Assembly (NCBI RefSeq): GCF_009834535.1
Contig: NC_045696.1
Coordinates: 94,304,001 to 94,368,000 of the forward strand
DNA length: 64,000 nucleotides
Direction of reading: 5' to 3'
Source: Camelus ferus
Lineage: Eukaryota
Shown: one piece after another, positions 48,801-61,316 of the stretch
How the letters are laid out: each line of letters begins with the position of its first letter
Position numbering within the stretch: position 1 is the first letter of the stretch
The notes under the pieces: model-generated
Seen by the model: only the letters and a program-made list of their open reading frames with translations
What the model was told of the DNA's origin: nothing
Databases searched by the model: none
Translations under genes and position numbers: made by a program

Positions 48801-51800
48801 TCGAGCCTTTTCTTTCCCTGCCACAACATACTGACACTGCCAATTGGGAAAAAAGTGAAGGACTATTGTCCACAGTCTGCTCTACTAGTGATTGTAAGAG
48901 CTGAAAGGCAGAGACCTGTTTTAAAAAGTCTAAGAAAAAAATATCAAAAGAAACTGTGCCACAACAGTTATGCTTAGAAGCACAAATCATACATTTTTTG
49001 TGTTGGTTAAATTCTGACCAAGAAAACTTACTGAACAGTTGGACTGAAGGGCACTGAGCAGAACAGTGACTGTCACTCTTGATACACTTCTCTTTCTAGA
49101 AGCATTGTGATACTCTGTGTCCCAAATATTTCCCATTCTCATGTGTTTAAGTATGATACATGACACATAATATATGTAGGTTTCATAACTTGTCTCCCTT
49201 GTTAATACAAAGCTGAGATGGGCCCTATTATTTGCCAAATTATAGAGTAAATGCAGTTAGAACTCCGGGTGCCATTCGTTTTTTTAAGCCTCCTTCTCAC
49301 CTCCTGGTGATACCTCTCCTTTCATCGTCCAGACCCCTGCCTGTACCCTGGATTTCAGGTTCTACCATGTTCCTCTCTGTAATTCATCACCTCAGAGCCC
49401 CACTGAGGTGTCCCCTGTGTCCACAGTGCCAACTGCTGTTGTAACGTGGTCTGTAATTGCCCTGACTGCTCAGTAAGAGGTGATTTATCTTTAAATTAAT
49501 TCACTCTATGGTATGAATAACAGACAGAACCCACTATGTTTCTTCCAGCCATATTTGCAATCAGAGAAGAAAAATCATGGCAGAGTGAGAGCAGGTCATC
49601 TGACATACTATGAGTCTGGTGTCATTAGAAGTAAAGTCATATTTGGACAGGTAGTGGGATAGCCCATGAGGAAATTCTCTATTACCAAGAGGAAGAGATG
49701 AGGTAGAAACCACTGGTGGAGTTTTACTAACATTGTGTGTGAGGGAGGAGAGGTGGAGAGAATAGATTTGTAAAGATGCACGAAGTGTGCGTTGATGATC
49801 TCAACTGTTCTCAAGTCCAGAGGGGAAAATGCGCATTTTTAACAGCTACTCAGTATAAACATTTCGCAATAACAATGCTTATGTCTCTTTTTTTTTTTAA
49901 CTACAAGGTATAAAAACCTCGGGATGTGTTCCAGGTAACTTATTTCTCCAAAAAAGCTTGGGGAAGTAGGAAAGGGCTCCTATAGCAGCAAACCTCGGCA
50001 GCACCTCAGCCTGCTGCCTGGTTCCTTCTTATCCCAGTACCTCGGGCAGCTGAGATCTTGTGTGTTAGGAACTCCGGTTACATCCAGGTACCAGTGTCAG
50101 TTTCTCTGAATAGCTGCCCTCCGTCCGCCACCTGGTTAGTTGGGGCCCATGACAGGAACTGTTTTCTCTGTCACTGCAAAGTCTTCAGTGAGTCCCAGAG
50201 CCTAAGAGGCATAATTTTGAGGTCAGCAAGAACCAGACCTCCAGGGCAGTTTTATCGAGGTGGCAGTGACTTAAATGATGCTGGAAGATGTTTCCTCACA
50301 GCTGTGCTGGAAGCCAGCAAATAACTGAGCCATCACTCTGTTAACAGGGGAAAGGCATCCATTTTCATTTGCTCAACTCAGCCTCTCATTTAGAAGCCCC
50401 CTGCCAGCTCGAATACTTGAGTGTCAGAAAAATCAAAAACGAAAGCCCCAGAAAACTAAGCACATCGCCAGTCTTCGAGAGACTTCTAAACTGCATAGCA
50501 TACAATGCGCACTGTCGCCATGCACAATTATGTCTGTCACCGCCGCCGCCTCTTCTCAGTGCCACATAAACTGTGTGGAGAAGTCCTGGCTCTCTGCAAA
50601 CTCTGAAGGGCAGCCTTTCACAGAGCCTCCCAGGACAACTCCTGTTTCTAGATGCAGAGAAGAGTGTTCCGTCAGCAGGATTTATTTACCTTCCAGCTGA
50701 CAAGATTTCGGTCTCAGAGTCTTTGTTTTCTGCTGTGGTGTCTGCTCAAATTAACAGTAAGCTTGGTTGTGCTCTTCTGACCAAGGGTCACATTCTCATC
50801 TGGTGACTTGCTCTGGGTCGGTACAAACTGCATTGCAACAAAAGCCATGGCTGTTCATGTGCTTTTACAAGAGAAGATCAGTATCTCCTTTGTGCATAAA
50901 TTCATTGATTTGTGTTTGTGAACATTAATTTTACTCCATTTACAGACATGTCTACTTTTTTTTCTTACTGTTAGAGTGAAAAATTCTATTAAAGAGTGTG
51001 GGGCTCTTAGGAACTGAATTATCTGTGTGATTTCTTTAAATGGTAATTCTTTGCATGTTGTATGGTGATCTGTTTTACCTTATCATTATGACTTAGAATT
51101 AACTGTGGCTTTAATTTGGGTGGTTTTGATTCTGCCTTGTGAGCTAATAACTGTATAATTCCCTACTAGTGTCATAATTTGTGCTGACATATTAAGGTTA
51201 AGTCTAGGCATTCAAGGCAGTTGTGTGTCAGGGCAGAGGGCTAGGAAATTCCTGGGGCCCTTGTGGTGGAGGAGTGGGGTGGATAGTCATGTGAATGAAG
51301 CAATGGCCTCGGCGATATTGGTGAGACTTAAGTCCTTCCAATGCCAAGATCTACTCTGAGCCTCAAATATGTAACTTGACCCATTTGAAAAAGGCCCAAT
51401 TATCTGCAAATTAGCAGAATATTCTCATGTCTTTAAAAAATTAATTTGTAATTTAGAAAAAAACCTTAAGCCTGGAAAACTCTTAGAATTTTAGAACTTA
51501 AAAAAATTCATTTCCTAAATGATAACTTGTTTTGAGATTTTTATTTTTTAATTCAATACTATCCTATGCTGAGACATGTTGTCATAGTGGCCAAATTTGC
51601 AAATGTGATATTTCGTTTGAAAGGGGCCCGTTTCTTTCTACATAGGGGTTGATCTCTCCATCAGTTAGGATGGATATAAATATAACTGTATCATGTCTAG
51701 AGCAAAGCTCATGGCTCAGAAGGAGCTGCTGTCTTGCTCATGGCCATTAGTAAATGAGTCTCTTAGCTTGAGTTTGATAAATCTTTCAGCTCACAGCAGG

Positions 51801-51837
51801 GAGACCCAATCATTTAATCCCACATTCACATGAATGG

Positions 51838-51901
51838 TGAAAAAGCGAAGACCATTTTTCTCGTCTATCTGAAAAAAGCAAAGACCATTTTCTCGTCTAT
51901 C
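51838..51901. repeat. 32-bp tandem duplication
   Basis: tgaaaaagcgaagaccatttttctcgtctatc / tgaaaaaagcaaagaccattttctcgtctatc. Confidence 0.9.
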
Positions 51902-51909
51902 TGGACAAA

Positions 51910-52225
51910 CAACCAAGCCACACACTTTCACATCATCTGAGCTGAGTGTGGCTGTAGCACTCAGTGAGTGGTGAGCAGAAGTGATGTGTTCCACTTGTGT
52001 GCTGTGAAGAAGTTGTTGATCTTTTCCTTCTAGCCTCTTCTAGCGGCTGGTTGCACATGATAGGGCCATAAAGGTGGCCTAGCCACAAAGTAGAAGGAAT
52101 GTGGTTGCCTCTGATCGAGCTGGGGAGAGCCACCTTTGCCAACCAGCTACACCATCTTGAACTGTTAGATGAATGACAAATAGTTTTCTATTCTGTTTGA
52201 ACTATTACAGCTTTGGAATGTGTCC
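51910..52225 (+). mobile_element. MLT1J-like LTR relic
   Basis: 'gtgagcagaagtgatgtgttccactt', 'agccacaaagtagaagga', 'gaactgttagatgaatgacaaata'. Confidence 0.6.
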
Positions 52226-52829
52226 TGTATACCAGGCAATTTTATATACATTTTCTCATTTAATCTTCAGATAGAGTTGTGAAGACATAAATATTATTCC
52301 TGGTTTCTGAAGGACTAGAGGTTGCCAGTAGTTACAGGGCAACTAATTATCAGCATTAGAATCTTAACTTATTATTGGTCATGATAATTCTGACACCCTA
52401 AACCTTTGGGAATTAAAATCTGAAAATTTTTCTAGTTATGTAATTAGAATCCTATCTAATCTTTATTGTTTAAAACTTTGATAAACTACTGACTAGATTT
52501 TGCTTTACTAAGTGACTTCCTTTAGCAAAAATTAATTGAAAAAAAAGTCTCTAGTCAACATTACTATATTAAGAAGTTCTTATTTTATGTGGTTTTTCAA
52601 ACAGATGTCTTTGTATTCCACAGAATCTTTAAGATATTTGACTGTGACCATTAAAGGGCGTATTCGGACTAAACTTCTTTTATTCTGGTCTTTTCTAAAC
52701 TCTGTAATCATGAAACTACCAGTTTTGGTCAAGTTTGGTAAGCCATGAGAATAAAAATATTTATTTCTACAGATCATCAGGAGACTGTCTTTAGTTTACT
52801 TGGAACGTTCAAGGAGGCCCGTTTTTAAA

Positions 52830-53352
52830 GGTTTTGTGGACCCTTGCAGTATTCGCCTACCTAATAACCATTTTATCCTTTTCTGATAACAGCACACGTT
52901 TGCTATGGGGAAAATCTTCCCCTTCATCTCAGTCCATGGTACTCCAGCCTCTACAGGCCTCATGAGCCTGTGGTTGGGTTGAGGGCTCATGAACCAAGCC
53001 TGGCTATTCAGTGTTTCCATTGCACTAACTATAGTGGCTGGTTCAGAAGGAGCCAGTGATCTTGGCTGAGCCAACAGTATACAACCTGGGATTTCACTGG
53101 TACTATAGGGGAGTGACAGTTTTCTTCGGCCATACTGTAAGCCAGGGGGCTACCATATGAAGACTGCTTGCCTGTGAGCAGCTGGTACAGAGGAGGTGGG
53201 AAAGAAAGTTGACTAGGGAGATACCAAGCCCTGATGGCAGTATCTACACCTTTGCCTGAAGTCAAGGTGACCCCTGGACTAACCAGTGTGCCTCAGCCAT
53301 TTTGAATTGGGTTCCTGGAACTTGTGAGTGAAAGGGTCTTGTTTAGTAAACA
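52830..53352 (+). mobile_element. MLT1K-like LTR relic
   Basis: 'ctcagtccatgg', 'catgaaccaagcctggctattcag', 'gccattttgaattgggttcctggaacttg...aaagggtcttg'. Confidence 0.6.
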
Positions 53353-54104
53353 TACACAAAGAGTGCGAAGAATATAAGCAAATGCTGTGTGAATCATCCT
53401 GTCTCATACAACAAAATCATATTTCTAAGTGCTCATCATAAATACTTTAATTCTTACAAAGTAACTTCCCCAAAGGAGATGGAAGGATTTAGAAAAGCTA
53501 GAAACAGTCCAATAGGATTTCTTTAGAGAATTCTTTATAGCAATTCTTGACTCTGTCCATTTCTAATAATCAGGAAGTAGCATTTCTTCTCGAGAACTAT
53601 TTTCTTTTATCTCTGATTTTACCTGCACTTTATAAATCTGTAATGAATCACATGTGTATAACCCATAATTCTACAGCCGTTGATTGGGGTAGTGGCAATA
53701 TTTAAGTCTCTCTGTAAAAATGCAAAGATTATAAAAGATTTTTGCCAAAATAAGTTCACAATAGGTTCACAGAGAAATATCTACTCAAATTAACATTGTA
53801 CTTTTGAATATGCCTGGATAGACTCCAACATCCAGCACATTATGAATGAAAAGAAAACCAATCCCTTCTGGGTGTTTCAAAACGCTTAATGGTTTTAGGC
53901 CAGCTTCATTTTATTTAAATTAAAAAAGTTGATTACAAGCATGAATTTGATACTTTTTAAGAACTATTCAAAACTTAGAAAACCATGTAGAAATCAGCAT
54001 TGCAATGTTAAATATTTTACCTTATAAACAAAGTCGCATATATAAAAGATACAATATTTTTACAAGCTTAATTGCTGTGAAAATTTAATTTTTTCTTTAA
54101 ATTT

Positions 54105-54760
54105 TAAAATTTTTAATTTTTTATTATAGTTGATTTATATTAGTTTCAGATATACATCAAAGTGATTCAGTTATCCATATACATACATATATACATATAT
54201 TTTCAGATTCTTTTCCATTAGAGCTTATTATAAGAAATTGAATATAGTTATCATGCTATATACAGTAGGCTCTTATTTTATCTATTTGATATATAGTAGT
54301 GTGTATCTGTTCATCCCAAACTCCTAATTTATCCCTCCCCTCCCTTTTTCCCTTTGGTAACCAGAGTTTGTTTTCTGTGTCTGTTGAGTGTATTTCTGGT
54401 TTATAAATAAAATTTCTATCATTTTTTTTTAAGATTCCACATATAAGTGATATCATATGATATCTGTCTTTCACTGTCTGACTTACTTCACTTAATATGA
54501 TAATCTCTAGGTCCATGCATGTTGCTGCAAATGGCATTATTTCATTCTTTAAAGGTAATATTCCATTGTGTGTGTGTGTATACACATCTTTATCCATTCA
54601 TCTGTTGATGGGCATTTAGGTTGTTTCCATGTCTTGGCTATTGTAAATAGTGCAGCTACTAACATTGGGGTGCATGTGTCTTCTTGAATTACAGTTTTCT
54701 CCAGATATATGCCCAGGAGTGCTGGATCATATGATAAATCTATTTTTAGGAAAACTTGTA
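54105..54760 (-). mobile_element. 5'-truncated L1 (artiodactyl-type 3' UTR plus ORF2 C-terminus)
   Basis: Peptides DTCTPMLVAALFTIAKTWKQPKCPSTDEWIK and KNEIMPFAATCMDLEIIILSEVSQ..YHMISLICGI. 3' UTR 'aaagtgattcagttat...atcccaaactcctaatttatccctcc'. Confidence 0.92.
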
Positions 54761-55199
54761 ACGGTTTTGAAAAATACATTAAATAAAAACTAGGTATACT
54801 CTTAAAATCTGTTTTAGGGTAATTCTCATTAAATATATCATAAACCTGCTGCAGAACTTTTTTTGTAAAAGATTAGGGATGAAAGGAAGAAAAGTTTATA
54901 TTTAAGAATGCAAGATACAGAATAAAACTTTGGAAAAAAATCCAGTTTCTTAACTATGATTGAGTGTCTTAAAGATATTCAGTCAGATATTTGTTATCTT
55001 AAGTTATTTAAACTGGCCATATACTCATGTATGTAACGTGATCTTCTGAGTCAAATCAAATATCAATAGAAGTCCACAAGTAATTTCCAAGGCAGAAGAT
55101 TCTGGAATCACAAAAATATAATGTAAGTCAATCCAAAACAGTCAAGTATAGATCTGATTTAATCAATCCATGCAGTAACTTTAACCAACTTACTGTAAG

Positions 55200-55610
55200 A
55201 AGCCAAAATTTACTCAAAATACGCTTCAGTGGAAGAGTTTAACAGCACATTAGGCCCAGCTGAAGATAAGATTATTAAACTGGAAAATCAGAATAAAATA
55301 TGCTGAATACTGTGACTACAACACAGAGAAGAAGAGATAGCAAAGATGTTGTGAAATATAGAGGGTAGACTAAGAAGAATACATTTAAGCAGAGTTTAAA
55401 GAGGAAAGAAAATATAAGACAGACGAGATACTTGAAAATGTAATACCTGAGGGTTTTCCAGAACTGATGAAAGACACTAATTAAAAGATTCGAAAAGACC
55501 AATAAGTCCTAAGCAATATTTTGTAAACAACTATACCAAGTTAGTGTAGTGAAAATATAGGCCAAAGAAAAGAGCTTCAGGTGGCCTGAAGAAGGGTCAT
55601 ATATGAGATT
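55200..55610 (+). mobile_element. Old L1 ORF1 fragment
   Basis: A-rich; 'tttaacagcacattaggcccagctgaagataagatt', 'ttttccagaactgatgaaagacactaa'. Confidence 0.65.
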
Positions 55611-55719
55611 ACCCCTAAGACGTTGATGTCATATGATCAGCCTGCCAGTGCTCTTGCACTGTCTGATTTCCAAGACTGACCCTTTTAAGGTAATTCTGTT
55701 ACTACTCTGAGACAATGTA

Positions 55720-56110
55720 GATGACGTCTAGGTTTCCTTCATAGGATAATCTGTGAGATATTTAAAGACTATAATCACATTCTCACCATACTTTTTCTTT
55801 CATTTTCAGATTCTCTGATCATTTCACAAGTGGTGTAGCTTTCAGGGTTTGCATCAGTCTGTCACTGTCTTTAGGCTAAATGTTGCATTCATTTTCAGCT
55901 CCCAGAACAGGACACCAGCTTCTCAGTGAGATCTGGTTAGGCTAGAGTACAGAGGGGTAATCATCTTTGCTCTTAACACTCCTGTTAAAGCCACCTTGAA
56001 AGGTCAGCTGCTTTGTGGTAACACATCACACTTAGGATTCACACTTAGGTCACAGACCTCTAAAGATTATAAGTGCTTTCCATATATGCTACTAAGTCAC
56101 TCCTTGTGGC
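55720..56110 (-). mobile_element. L3/CR1 relic
   Basis: 'gatatttaaagact', 'cccagaacaggacaccagcttctcagtgagatctgg...agagtacagagggg'. Confidence 0.5.
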
Positions 56111-59100
56111 CTTTAGAGTTACCGCTGGGGACACAGGTGAAACTAGGTTAGTCTGTTAACTGTCATTTTGTTATATTCAATCTTAACTAATACAAGCTAC
56201 TTTGATTTTTAGTTTCCTGGAATAAATGGAATAATGTTTTTCACATAGGATCTAAAGAATATAGCTCAGTACCTAGCTTATGGAAAGTACTCAAAATATA
56301 GACATTATTACTTATTAAATTTGTGTTTCTTTCACCCTGCCAGTTGATTTTCATAATGCCATTTCACTACCATGTGTGATAGGTAACATCTTCACTTTAC
56401 ATATGGGGGAAGTAGAGCTCAGAATGGCTAAGAATATACCCAGTAAAAGGTAGATCTGGATTGACAGTCACCACTAGACTCCTTCTCATATATCTTCTGT
56501 CATCCAGCCTATTAGCTGAGCCTTTCAGTTTTGTAGTGAATTTATTTGATAACAAGGCTTCAAAATTCTTGTCCTAGTTACTAAACAATCACTTTTACAA
56601 TTCCCCAAATCAGCATCAGGACCCATGTTATTTAGACCCTATCCCAACCTCTTCCATTTTGCAACTACATATTACAGCAAATCCTTCCATGCCATACCGC
56701 TACTATGAAGGGATGTCCTTAGCTAAAGCATAGCTGAATTTTAGCAAGGTGGCTGCCAAAAGTATTTCACAATGCTCTTGTTGATAACCTGTAAATGCTT
56801 TAAAATCTTCTCTGGTATCAAGGTCTGGGTGATAGTTGAAAGGAGTTCACTCTTCTCCAGGACTTTTGAAAATTCCTGTAATTCTTCAACATACTCAGCT
56901 GAAAGTTTGAGGCAGTGTCATGACCAAAAATGATCTATCTGTCTCTCCCAAAACAACTAGTTAAGACAGTATACATATATTCAACTAAAAGACTTCAAAG
57001 GATTTTCAAAATTAGTGTTTGCAGTGTGTCCCAAAACTTGAACTATGAAAAAAAGTGAATTGAATTTTTACTCCATTTTAACAAAAATTGTTGGATAGGT
57101 TGTGCCCTTTGGCTTATTACTATTAAAAATGAAGTTCTAAAGTTGACACCTATTAGTTCCTCAACGTCATTTAAAATTTTGGATAGATTATGATGTAGTA
57201 TGACGTATCTTTTCTAATGATCATCTTTGAAATGCAGCTGGCACCCAAAATGGGCGTGCTCAGTCTTGGTATAAATTTCTACTCTCTACCACTAATTAGG
57301 CCAAAATAGAACCTGTGTGTGTTTGTATGATTCCAATTTGGGTGGGCAACTTCCTGGCATAGGTATAAATGCCTCCCAGGCAACTGTTTTTTATGGAAGT
57401 CATGAAAGAAGGGAAGAAGTTTGGTCATTTGGAGAGGTGCTTATTATTTTACAGTTAATTAGAGAAAGGAGGTTCTTTCTAAAATAGTGTTATTCCGTAT
57501 TTCTAGGTGAAGAGGGAGAATGAGGAGAGGAGCAAAGGAGTGAGAGAAAAGCCATGGTTCTGTGTTAGGAACTCTTACATATTTGTTACGAGGAAGTAAA
57601 GCAAGACTTTGTAAATATTCATTGTTACTACCCCACTACCCCTTTAGTTTCCATTGGTACTAAGTAAATGCAAGTAAGGCATTCAGAATGGAATAGAAAA
57701 ACTACAAGAACACTCATCCATGGAAGAGCCTCAGGTTAACACCACGTTAGAGAGTCCTATTTACATCAGTGTGACTGACCATCCTAGTTCTTTTATTTCT
57801 GCTCCAAGTAGACTCTCGAGCTATAGACTAGATCCTATAAAGGCTTAGTTTTGTATAATTAATTATTGCCTTTTATAACAATTTATAAAATAGGGATAAA
57901 TCATATTGAAACCTAACTGTAGTCAATCATATCTACAATTTTAACCTTAAATTCAGATCTAGGCAATGCTGATATCTTTCCAGGGACCCAGAGTCTTCAT
58001 TTTTCCCTTTGGTTATGATGTAATGGCCACTCCCACTGTCATTTAGAGATTCTGGATGTCTCAAGTTTTCCCTCATTTACCTCTGTGTGATAGCAATCTC
58101 CTAATACATATTTGCAAAAACCCCAGTTCAATTGTTATGCTTAATTACATATATTCCACTCTTGAAAACTTTGGTTTCCTCCTCAACTGGGCAGCAGAAA
58201 AGTTTGGGGTAAGAAATAGATGAAAAGGACACCAAAAAAATACTACTTGTATTACTGCCAGTGTATGATTACCTATAAAACAACCTTTGAAAGGTCATAG
58301 ATCCTACCTCTACTTCTGAGTTTCCCTCAAAACTTGAGAGAGGGTGACATGACACCCTTTCCTTCCAGATTTAGAAAACTCTACTATCAATTCACAAGAA
58401 TGGCTTTTTCTACAAGCAGATATTCTTCAGTGATAATTATTCATGGAAAATTATAAATTTTTATTACCTTTTGTTAAAGTAATGCCACTATTAGGCCATA
58501 TGTAAATATTCACTAAATGAAAGGATAGAGAGGCCGTCATCAGGAAAAAGTAGTTTGTCTAAATATTAAACGTTATTGATAAAAGTAGTAGCTCCCTTGT
58601 ACATCAGCTAAGGTAAACAAAATAAAAATTCGTGTAGTTCATTCCTTTGCATCCTGAGGAGAGTGGACTTTGAATATGCAGCTATGTTATACTTTGAAAG
58701 ACTTGTTTAAACTAGATTTTAAAGTAACAGTGTTTTCTGTTCTGTAATGCACAAAGAATCACCTCTGACGCTAAGAATAAACTTCAAAATTAAGCAAAAC
58801 ACCCCAGAAAGATGCACAGTTCTTTATGAACAGACCATACATTTATTCATTTTGAGTTTCCTGTATTCTATAGAATTATATTTAAAAAACGAAGTCCCTA
58901 AAACCCACAACAGTACTTCTGCTTTTTCAGTAGAGAAGAAGTGCAAATTCTTGTTGTGTCTGGGATTCAGGAAAGCATATCTGCACTGTTGCAGAAAGCA
59001 GGGGAAAAATGTCCTATCAAACATCATTGAAGTCTTTTCCAAAATCGTCTGCCGTTAGCAACAATGAGATACTTTGAGAATGATCTGCAACTTTTGAGGC

Positions 59101-60059
59101 GTGTAATAATACTGAAAACAAAGTAGTCCAATATTACAGTAGTGATAAATAAGATTTATAAATCATTTTTAGATAATTTTCAGTTTTATCTCAATTTTTA
59201 GTCTCAGATAAGTATTGTCCTTGATATTTTAACAAGTCATTAATTAAACTGCCATGCTACTTTTCCTTCTACTGCCTTGGCTAAATGGTGAAACCGTGAA
59301 GATGTGTGGTTTTCAGAATGATTTCCAGTCTATTTTCACTTCCTCACCTCTGCTACTCTGTAAATCTGATGGCTGTGGCAGGTTCATGGTATAAGACATT
59401 AGTTATTAAAAGCTGATGTCTGAATTATTTATAAAACCTTATTACTCAGACATCGAATTAGTAATAATTCTCCAAAAGCACTGTACTCAAAACTGGACTG
59501 TCTAGAATGGAAATGAAGAAAAATTCATAACTAAGATTTTTAAAAAGAATTTGCCAATAAATTAATGACAGATTTAGTGATTTAGGTAAGTTTAATTGAA
59601 AGGTGTATTAGGTGATGTTAGCATTGATTTCTGCATTTATATTTCGTCTAGAAGAAAACTTGTGGACATTATTAAATGACTCTTTATTGATGAGTTTATT
59701 CAATACATAAGAAGGAAAAACTGAAGTGAAGATGACGTGTTTGACCAATACTGGCAATCAGAGGACCTGGATTTTAAGTTATTTTGCAGACATTTCCTGC
59801 CTCTGTAACCCTTTTCAAGTTTCACAGTTGCCACCAAAAAGTCTGTTTATGTTTGTGAATGTCTGTCAGTTCCAATGGCCTTCAGCTCACACCAGACACC
59901 ATTGCTCCGTATAGCTGTGCAGCATTCTTGCTTCTGAACTACAGCGTGTTCCAGTCAACCACAGTTACACTGACATGAGTTAGAACAGAGTCCAGATGAA
60001 ATCTACTTGAAGGTGTCAGCCACCTAGTGCAGTTCAGATGTTCAGAGTAGACTTCTGGA

Positions 60060-60355
60060 CAATGGAACAAAGTCTAGATCTTGGGTTGCAGAACAGGCCA
60101 TGATTCAAATCCCAGCGTGCCTTCTTTCACACTAAGTGAACTTGGGGTCTCAGAGCCTCAGTTTCCTCATCTTTGAGAAGGAGGCATGGTGATGGTAAAA
60201 ATAAAAATAGAAATGATTAACAGGGACTGGTAGTTATTATGTGCTGTGCACAATGCTAAATTTTTCCTCCATAAAGTACTTAGCCCAGAGGACTGTTGGG
60301 AAGAGTTAAATGATTAATGAACACAGAGCACAGAATGAACACTTGATAAATAGTT
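60060..60355 (+). mobile_element. MIR SINE (interrupted)
   Basis: 'ttcaaatcccagc...gagcctcagtttcctcatct'. Confidence 0.75.
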
Positions 60356-60440
60356 GTTGCTTTTTCTACCACCATTACTGGTGGTGTTCCTCCTCCTCGC
60401 CTCCCTTTAGGTAACTCTAACCTTTATATGGCCTTCTCAA

Positions 60441-60617
60441 TAGGGTTGCCAGATACAACACTGGGTACCTGGGAAGCACAAACTTCAGATAAACAACAAA
60501 CTTGTAAGCATATTATATGGGATATGGTTGCATCAAATAATACTTATGGTAAAACTTCTCCAAAATTCAAATTTAACTGAGTAATTTGTACTTTTAGTTG
60601 CTAATCTGATAGTGCTA
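60441..60617. mobile_element. MER53 hAT MITE
   Basis: Starts 'tagggttgccagata'; contains 'ttcagataaacaaca' and 'aaattcaaatttaactg'. Perfect 8-bp TSD cttctcaa (60433-60440 / 60618-60625). Confidence 0.88.
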
Positions 60618-60699
60618 CTTCTCAAATATGTATGTAATTTGTCCTAGTGGTGGAAGATTGGGGATCTTTGTATAACTTAAAAAGTGCTTTAAAATGGTG

Positions 60700-60729
60700 T
60701 TTTGTTTTGTTTTGTTTTGTTTTGTTTTG
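60700..60729. repeat. (TTTTG)6 microsatellite
   Basis: Directly visible. Confidence 0.95.
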
Positions 60730-61169
60730 CAGTACTAAGTTTGGGAGGGGTGGTGGCCTCCCTTGTATCTCGAGGGGACAGTTCAGCAGTATCTCCTACT
60801 TACTTTGGGCTGTTCCATTCACCATGTATTTCTTAGGCTAATAGAACATCTTTTCAAGAATGTGGTTACTATTCCTGGTGGTCTGGGTCACTATTTTAAT
60901 GCAGTGGCTTCATTGGATGACTATGCATAAAAAAGTAACAGTAAGAAAATCAAGATCCATATAAGGTTTTCAAACAACTGTGTTCTGAATTCATCAAGCA
61001 TTTCAGAAGAATTTTCACCTGTTTGTATGGAAAACTTACATTTTTGCCAGAAATAAAATTCTTTTACTTATAAAGTGTATCTTTATAAGTGTTATCTCTA
61101 TTTTAAGGAAACTTAAGCCTTTTGCCTGTTTCTTACCTATTTATCTTGAAACATAAAAATGATATTTAT

Positions 61170-61316
61170 GGGGAGAGGTATAGCTCAAGTGACAGAGCAC
61201 AAGCTTAGCATGCATGAGGTCCTGGGTTCAATCCCCAGTACCTCCTCTAAAAACAATAAATCAGTAAATAAACCCAATTACTTACCCTCACCGAAAAAAA
61301 AAAAAAAAAAAGAAAG
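61170..61316 (+). mobile_element. tRNA-Ala(AGC)-derived SINE (camelid vic-1-like)
   Basis: tRNA head with A-box 'tagctcaagtga', anticodon loop 'cttagcatg' and B-box 'ggttcaatccc'; unrelated body; A-rich tail. Exact 11-bp TSD aatgatattta (61158-61168 / 61317-61327). Confidence 0.88.

Noticed and set aside
52604..52830. Adjacent exon-like segments near 52.6-52.8 kb
   Set aside because: The donor at ~52738 and acceptor at ~52772 are too close for a normal intron, and the peptides are unrecognised.
61170..61246. Functional tRNA-Ala gene
   Set aside because: D-loop GG is mutated, stems are imperfect, and there is no T-run terminator. A SINE body, A tail and TSD are present instead.
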